Assembly: GCA_050014495.1 (NCBI GenBank)
Contig: JBEKDF010000004.1
Span: 5,302 to 69,301 of the forward strand
Direction of reading: 5' to 3'
Length of the DNA: 64,000 nt
Origin: Candidatus Bathyarchaeia archaeon
GTDB taxonomy: Archaea; Thermoproteota; Bathyarchaeia; TCS64
Shown piece after piece: positions 59,552-64,000 of the stretch. The stretch's first letter is position 1. Every line of letters starts with the position of its first letter. A program made the translations under genes and the position numbers. The notes below the pieces were generated by a model. It searched no databases, was not told the DNA's origin, and was given only the letters and a program-made list of their open reading frames with translations.

Positions 59552-60238
59552 ATGGATACCAAGAAGAATCCCTCGAAGAGTACTGCAAAAATAAAAGTGA
59601 CTGAGAACGGTCCTTACATAGTCACAGGGAGTATTCTCCTCTCCGAACAGATAATTGGTACCGACGAGGACGGATTCAGTGCCGTGTGGTGCTCAGGGAA
59701 GGAGTATCCCCTACAGGAGAGCTACTCGCTCTGTCGTTGTGGTAAGTCGAAGAACAAGCCTTACTGCGACGGAAGCCACATCACCACCTGGTTTAATGGT
59801 AGGGAGACTGCGAGCCACGAGCCCTACAGCAAACTCGCAAACAGAATTGATGGTCCCGACCTGAGGCTCATGGACGCCCCTGACCTCTGTGCCTTCGCAA
59901 GGTTCTGCGACCGCGGCGAAAGCGTCTGGAGCTATACACGAGACTCTAACGATCCAGAGGCGAAGAAGATTGCCATCGCCCAGGCACGCAACTGCCCCTC
60001 GGGTCGCCTCGTCACCTTGGAAAAGAAGACAAACCAAGTTTACGATGAGGGCATCGAGAAGTCTATAGTGGTTGTCGAGGACCCTCAGATGGGGTGCCCT
60101 GGGCCGATATGGGTCCGCGGAGGTATACCCATAGAGGATGCGAATGGGAAGCCCTATGAGATCAGGAACCGCGTCACTCTCTGCCGGTGTGGGAAATCGG
60201 GGAACAAGCCATTATGCGATGGCTCACACGCTCGTTAG
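59552..60238 (+). CDS. CDGSH iron-sulfur protein (two CDGSH domains plus central 4Fe-4S domain)
   Basis: LCRCG.S.NKP.CDGSH twice; C...RFC...CPSG.L. Confidence 0.92.
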   Translation: MDTKKNPSKSTAKIKVTENGPYIVTGSILLSEQIIGTDEDGFSAVWCSGKEYPLQESYSLCRCGKSKNKPYCDGSHITTWFNGRETASHEPYSKLANRIDGPDLRLMDAPDLCAFARFCDRGESVWSYTRDSNDPEAKKIAIAQARNCPSGRLVTLEKKTNQVYDEGIEKSIVVVEDPQMGCPGPIWVRGGIPIEDANGKPYEIRNRVTLCRCGKSGNKPLCDGSHAR

Positions 60239-60323
60239 TCTCTTGCGCATCGTACGCGAGATTCTGGTAAGACTCTTAGCATAAAGTGAGGATTTTTAAT
60301 AGAAACCGACATTAAATAGTATT

Positions 60324-60665
60324 ATGGCGGACCTCAACCAGGCGATAATCGTTATAATAGCAGGCATAGCAGTGGCCATCGCTGATGGCCTCATTAAGAA
60401 GACGGCCATCGGCGCTTCCCTAACCGATGCGCTAAAGAACCCTCTCATGATAGGCGTCGTGTTTCTGTATCTCGCCCAGATTGCATTTTTCACCTACGTC
60501 TTCGTGAATGGTTGGCAGCTGGGGGTTGTCGGGATTCTACAGATGGTGGCTTACTCCGTGTTTGTGCTGATCACAGGCGTCTTCATATTCAAGGAGAGCT
60601 TCACCGTGACTCAGTACTTAGGTTTTGTTTTGGCTATTAGTGGCGCTGTGCTGATCAATTTATGA
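60324..60665 (+). CDS. Small four-TM DMT/EamA-like membrane protein
   Basis: Four hydrophobic helices; G..IFKE......LG..L...G C-terminal pattern. Confidence 0.72.
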   Translation: MADLNQAIIVIIAGIAVAIADGLIKKTAIGASLTDALKNPLMIGVVFLYLAQIAFFTYVFVNGWQLGVVGILQMVAYSVFVLITGVFIFKESFTVTQYLGFVLAISGAVLINL

Positions 60666-60813
60666 ATTCAAATGCGCTCCGTTATCTTATCCCTTAAACC
60701 CCAATATATTCTGTAGACATCTGTTTCCTCGAATTCTTGGGCGTGCGTATAAGCGGCCCGCGAGTCACGATATAACGGTAGAAGAATCAAGAGCAGTGTC
60801 TGCGTTATGCACT

Positions 60814-60996
60814 TTATTCTATCAGATGCTTTCCTTCATCCATGATCTTGCTACCGTCGACTCAAATCGATGACTTCGCAATGGCGCGTCCGACTTCCAC
60901 TGTGAGGCGGTCTGTGAGAATGAGAACATGTTCACCTCTATTCATCGACATGCAAACCTCCACAACGTTTCTGGCGCCTTGTTCTAATGTTCCCAA
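60814..60996 (-). pseudogene. M29/AmpS-like aminopeptidase relic: N-terminal ~43 aa fused to last ~17 aa
   Basis: Hand translation LGTLEQGARNVVEVCMSMNRGEHVLILTD...GRAIAKSS|I*VDGSKIMDEGKHLIE*. Confidence 0.6.
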
Positions 60997-61045
60997 ATCA
61001 ATAACACACTTACAGGATTTTCTTATATGTTATATAATATGTATA

Positions 61046-61054
61046 CGCGCGCGC
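61046..61054. repeat. Alternating GC tract beside a TATA-rich element
   Basis: ttatataatatgtataCGCGCGCGCcac. Confidence 0.9.
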
Positions 61055-61189
61055 CACACCACCACACACCTTTGTCATCCCGGCTAAAACCATAAGCCAT
61101 CCGAGATCATCATTGCAAAATAGTTAAAGTGAAAGCTAACAAGGAAAACGTTTAAGACTAACCTGAACCTTTGCCGCCGTCGAATAAGA

Positions 61190-61990
61190 ATGCCGAAACC
61201 CAAGAAATCCTTAAGCGAACTCGTCTCCCTCAAGGGGAGGGAGGCCCTCATCACAGGTTCAGCCGTAGGCATAGGAAGAGCCATAGCCAACCGCTATGCT
61301 GAGGCGGGAGCCGACCTCATACTAGTGGACATCAATAAGGAGAAGCTTGAGGAGGCTGCCGAAGAACTCAAGGAGTGGGGCGTAGACGTTGCGCCGAAGA
61401 GGATCGACCTATCCAAAAAAGCTGAAATCGACCACTTATGGGTGGAACTCGAGGGCTCGGAGCCCGACACCCTCGTCAACAACGCGGGCATCTACCCATT
61501 CTGCGACTTCCTCGACATCGATGAGGCCCTCTTCGAGAAGGTCCACTCCATCAATCTCGAGGCCGTGCTATGGATGTGCCAAAACATGTTAAGTGCCCGG
61601 AAGAGGATGGGTGGCGTCATCATCAACGTCAGCAGCATCGAGGCCGTCCTCCCGTTTAAGAAGGGAATGATCCACTACGACGCCTCGAAAGCGGGGATCA
61701 TCGGCCTCACACGTGGTCTCGCCCGAGACTTCAGCGACAAGGGTTTCCGGGTAAACGCCCTCCTCCCCGGTGGCATAGTTACCCCAGGCACAAAGGGGGC
61801 GGCCACAGAGTTCTTCAAGGGGAATATTGGCCTAGCTAAAACGGGATACGATTTCATGAGTAGGTTACCCATGGGGCGTGTGGGTGATCCAGACGAGGTC
61901 GCCCGCGCGGCGCTGTTCCTCGCCTCCGACCTATCCAGTTATGTGACGGGGGTCCTACTCCCAGTCGATGGTGGCTTTCTCTCCGCCTGA
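61190..61990 (+). CDS. Short-chain dehydrogenase/reductase
   Basis: TGSAVGIG, NNAG, YDASK, PG, VDGG. Confidence 0.93.
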   Translation: MPKPKKSLSELVSLKGREALITGSAVGIGRAIANRYAEAGADLILVDINKEKLEEAAEELKEWGVDVAPKRIDLSKKAEIDHLWVELEGSEPDTLVNNAGIYPFCDFLDIDEALFEKVHSINLEAVLWMCQNMLSARKRMGGVIINVSSIEAVLPFKKGMIHYDASKAGIIGLTRGLARDFSDKGFRVNALLPGGIVTPGTKGAATEFFKGNIGLAKTGYDFMSRLPMGRVGDPDEVARAALFLASDLSSYVTGVLLPVDGGFLSA

Positions 61991-62167
61991 TCCGCTTTTG
62001 CAAATGCTAATAGCTCCCTCCTCAGCTCCACCTGATTTAGTCAGGTGAATGATTGTTGGTTGATTTGGCTGAGATTCACGAAACTTTATAATTGGGTAGA
62101 ATTTAAGTAAAATTTTCTTCACTTACCTAGTTAAATCTCCTCATGCCTCACCCATACTTGATGAACG

Positions 62168-62645
62168 ATGACTGAGGATCACTCAGAGAGCCTCGAGGAG
62201 CGGGTCTTCAAATCGTTGAGCAACGAGAACGGAGAGAAATCATACGGTACCTCGGCAAGAGAAGCGGAGCAAGGTTCAATGAGGTGAAGAAGGACCTCGA
62301 CTTTGATGACGGTGCCTCACTAACCTATCACTTGACCTCCCTGGATCCCCTGATAACACAGGAAGAGGGTGGTTATGGGCTCTCACCAGCTGGTCGAGAT
62401 GCCTACAACTTGATGAATAAAATCACCTCGGTTACCAAAGCAACAGCCATGATAAGCTCCGTGAGGAGGCAGGTCGTGGCTATGATAATAGTAATGCTAT
62501 TTTATGGGCTGTCGCCATACTGAGCGTACGACTTAATGAAGGAAACCTACAGGGAGCTACTCTCTATAGCTTCTTTGCACTTTGGTTCATCAGCAACATT
62601 TTCCTATACACCATTTCTCAACGTTTAAGCAGAGCCTCGAGGTAG
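62168..62645 (+). pseudogene. Membrane-tethered wHTH regulator with two frameshifts
   Basis: EERVFKSLSN / RREIIRYLG...LTYHL..L..LI / NAILWAVAIL...FALWFISNIFLY in three frames. Confidence 0.7.
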
Positions 62646-62815
62646 AACTCGTATTTCGTGCACTCGTAACTCAACAGCAGCTACCTTTGGTGACTCAATA
62701 TCCTTATCCTAAGCTCCACCTGATACTCAAAATCTTACTACAAAGATGCTTTTGCTAAACCTCATTTAACGTACAAAAGATTCCCGCATACAAGCCGGTT
62801 TCCTTAATCATTGAT

Positions 62816-63658
62816 CTAATTCAAAGACTTTCTACCCACACACAAAATGTAGCCCAGGTACTTGTTTGCCACCCTATCCCTCAACAGTACATCCTTAACC
62901 TCATTGATCTTACCGAAGCGTCGCCGCATCTTTGCACTCCTCAACGCGAGGACAAACACTCCCCAAAGCGTGCCCATAAGTTTACTCCACCCCCCAAACT
63001 CGTTCACAAGACTCAACGAATAGGACTGCTGCGAGACATTGTAGTACTCCTCCAAAGACACATTACCGAACCCAGCAGACTCAAATGCCGAGCACCAGGA
63101 AGCAGGGCTGCGAATGTTGAGGGGAAGGTCAGTCAGCTCCCTGAAGACCCTTTCACCATAGGCGACGCGATCTAAGGCATCAGGGGGCACATGATCGGCC
63201 TTGTACATCTCGTTAACTCCGAGGATCCCACCCACCTTAAGGATCCTATAGAACTCGGGGAAGGCCCTGGCTGGATCTAGAAACTGGGACACGAATACGG
63301 TCAGCACCACGTCGAAACTTCCATCGGGGTAGTTCAGTCTATAGGCGTCTCCCGGCATGAACTTGACATGATCTGTTAGACCCAGATCCGTGGCCTGTTT
63401 CTGTGCGTAGATAACCATGTGCTTGGCGTTGTCGACGCCCACGATGCTGCACCCATACCTTTTTGCTAGGTAGCAGGCGTTGGTCCCCGTCCCGCAGCCC
63501 ACCTCAAGTATTCTGGTGTGCTCCGTGATTTGGCAGAGCTCTGCCAGTCTGTCAATGCTGGCTAGGCCTCCTGTGTTGAAGAATGGAACACCCATGTAGC
63601 CCATGAAATCGTAGTAGCTGAGGTCCTCGATCTCGTTGAGCTTAAGGTTGCCAGGCAT
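62816..63658 (-). CDS. Class I SAM-dependent methyltransferase
   Basis: ILEVGCGTG, GVD, GDA..L.Y.DGSFDVV, RILK.GG. Confidence 0.9.
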   Translation of the reverse strand: MPGNLKLNEIEDLSYYDFMGYMGVPFFNTGGLASIDRLAELCQITEHTRILEVGCGTGTNACYLAKRYGCSIVGVDNAKHMVIYAQKQATDLGLTDHVKFMPGDAYRLNYPDGSFDVVLTVFVSQFLDPARAFPEFYRILKVGGILGVNEMYKADHVPPDALDRVAYGERVFRELTDLPLNIRSPASWCSAFESAGFGNVSLEEYYNVSQQSYSLSLVNEFGGWSKLMGTLWGVFVLALRSAKMRRRFGKINEVKDVLLRDRVANKYLGYILCVGRKSLN

Positions 63659-63765
63659 TCAATCATCTAAAGAATTGTCTGGGGATTAAAATATGTGTCA
63701 AACGCGTACGCATTTCGGGTTCTAGTATTTTGATGGTCTCCTCGCTAAAATTCGCGCAGGTTTGA

Positions 63766-64000
63766 CTAGCTATCTTTCAATATTTTTCGGAGCATATCTG
63801 AGGTGAGGTTTCCGCCGCTGAGAACCACACCCACCCTTTTACCTCTCAGACCATCACGCATCTTAATAGCAGCTGCGAGGGAAGCGGCTCCCGCCCCCTC
63901 AGCTATCGTATGAGCCTTCTCGACGTAAAGTCTAATGGCCGCCTTCATCTCATCCTCTGACACTAGTACGAAATCGTCTAATTTCTCCCTCATAATTTCT
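63766..64000 (-). CDS. Threonine/serine dehydratase family, C-terminal part (runs off window end)
   Basis: VSEDE...A, AEGAGAASLAA, VVLSGGN. Confidence 0.88.
   Translation of the reverse strand, partial: EIMREKLDDFVLVSEDEMKAAIRLYVEKAHTIAEGAGAASLAAAIKMRDGLRGKRVGVVLSGGNLTSDMLRKILKDS

Noticed and set aside
47883-60864. In-frame TGA codons in relics (near 47884, 49160, 60863) as possible recoding
   Set aside because: All are in truncated fragments, TGA is a normal stop in many intact genes here, and no SECIS-like context was seen.
1-64000. CRISPR array, rRNA, tRNA, transposase or integrase
   Set aside because: No regularly spaced 25-40 bp repeats, RNA gene signatures or recombinase motifs were seen. 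The GC tracts are too short and irregularly spaced to be an array or MITE ends.

Overview
Archaeal chromosomal window of about 50% GC. The gene set (rpl38e, SmAP3-type Lsm, alba, aMBF1, arcTGT, mtd, GGR) points to a TACK lineage, most plausibly Bathyarchaeia; this is an inference. The first ~46 kb is mostly housekeeping and metabolism: fhs-folD beside mtd, a heterodimeric ABC exporter, tRNA/RNA genes, a P-type ATPase, a korDABG operon, an ABC importer and aspS-pth2. The last ~18 kb is a mosaic accessory region with many gene relics. The main unexplained signal is short alternating (GC)n tracts. I count 12 of at least 8 nt, and none lies inside an intact gene. They sit just after stop codons, just upstream of TATA boxes, or exactly at the breakpoints of truncated or internally deleted genes (MFS, glycoside hydrolase; 6-nt versions at a hydantoinase B relic and a dihydroxyphthalate-decarboxylase-like relic). 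They look like self-complementary end-joining or deletion scars and may mark an undescribed DNA repair or genome-streamlining process. Z-DNA promoter elements and amplification/assembly artefacts are alternatives. Other leads are a possible hybrid Fhs/FolD/Mtd one-carbon route, a Nudix gene with no canonical start codon (ACG start or UGA read-through) and a densely structured RNA-like leader before a beta-CASP nuclease. No rRNA, tRNA, CRISPR array or transposase was recognised.
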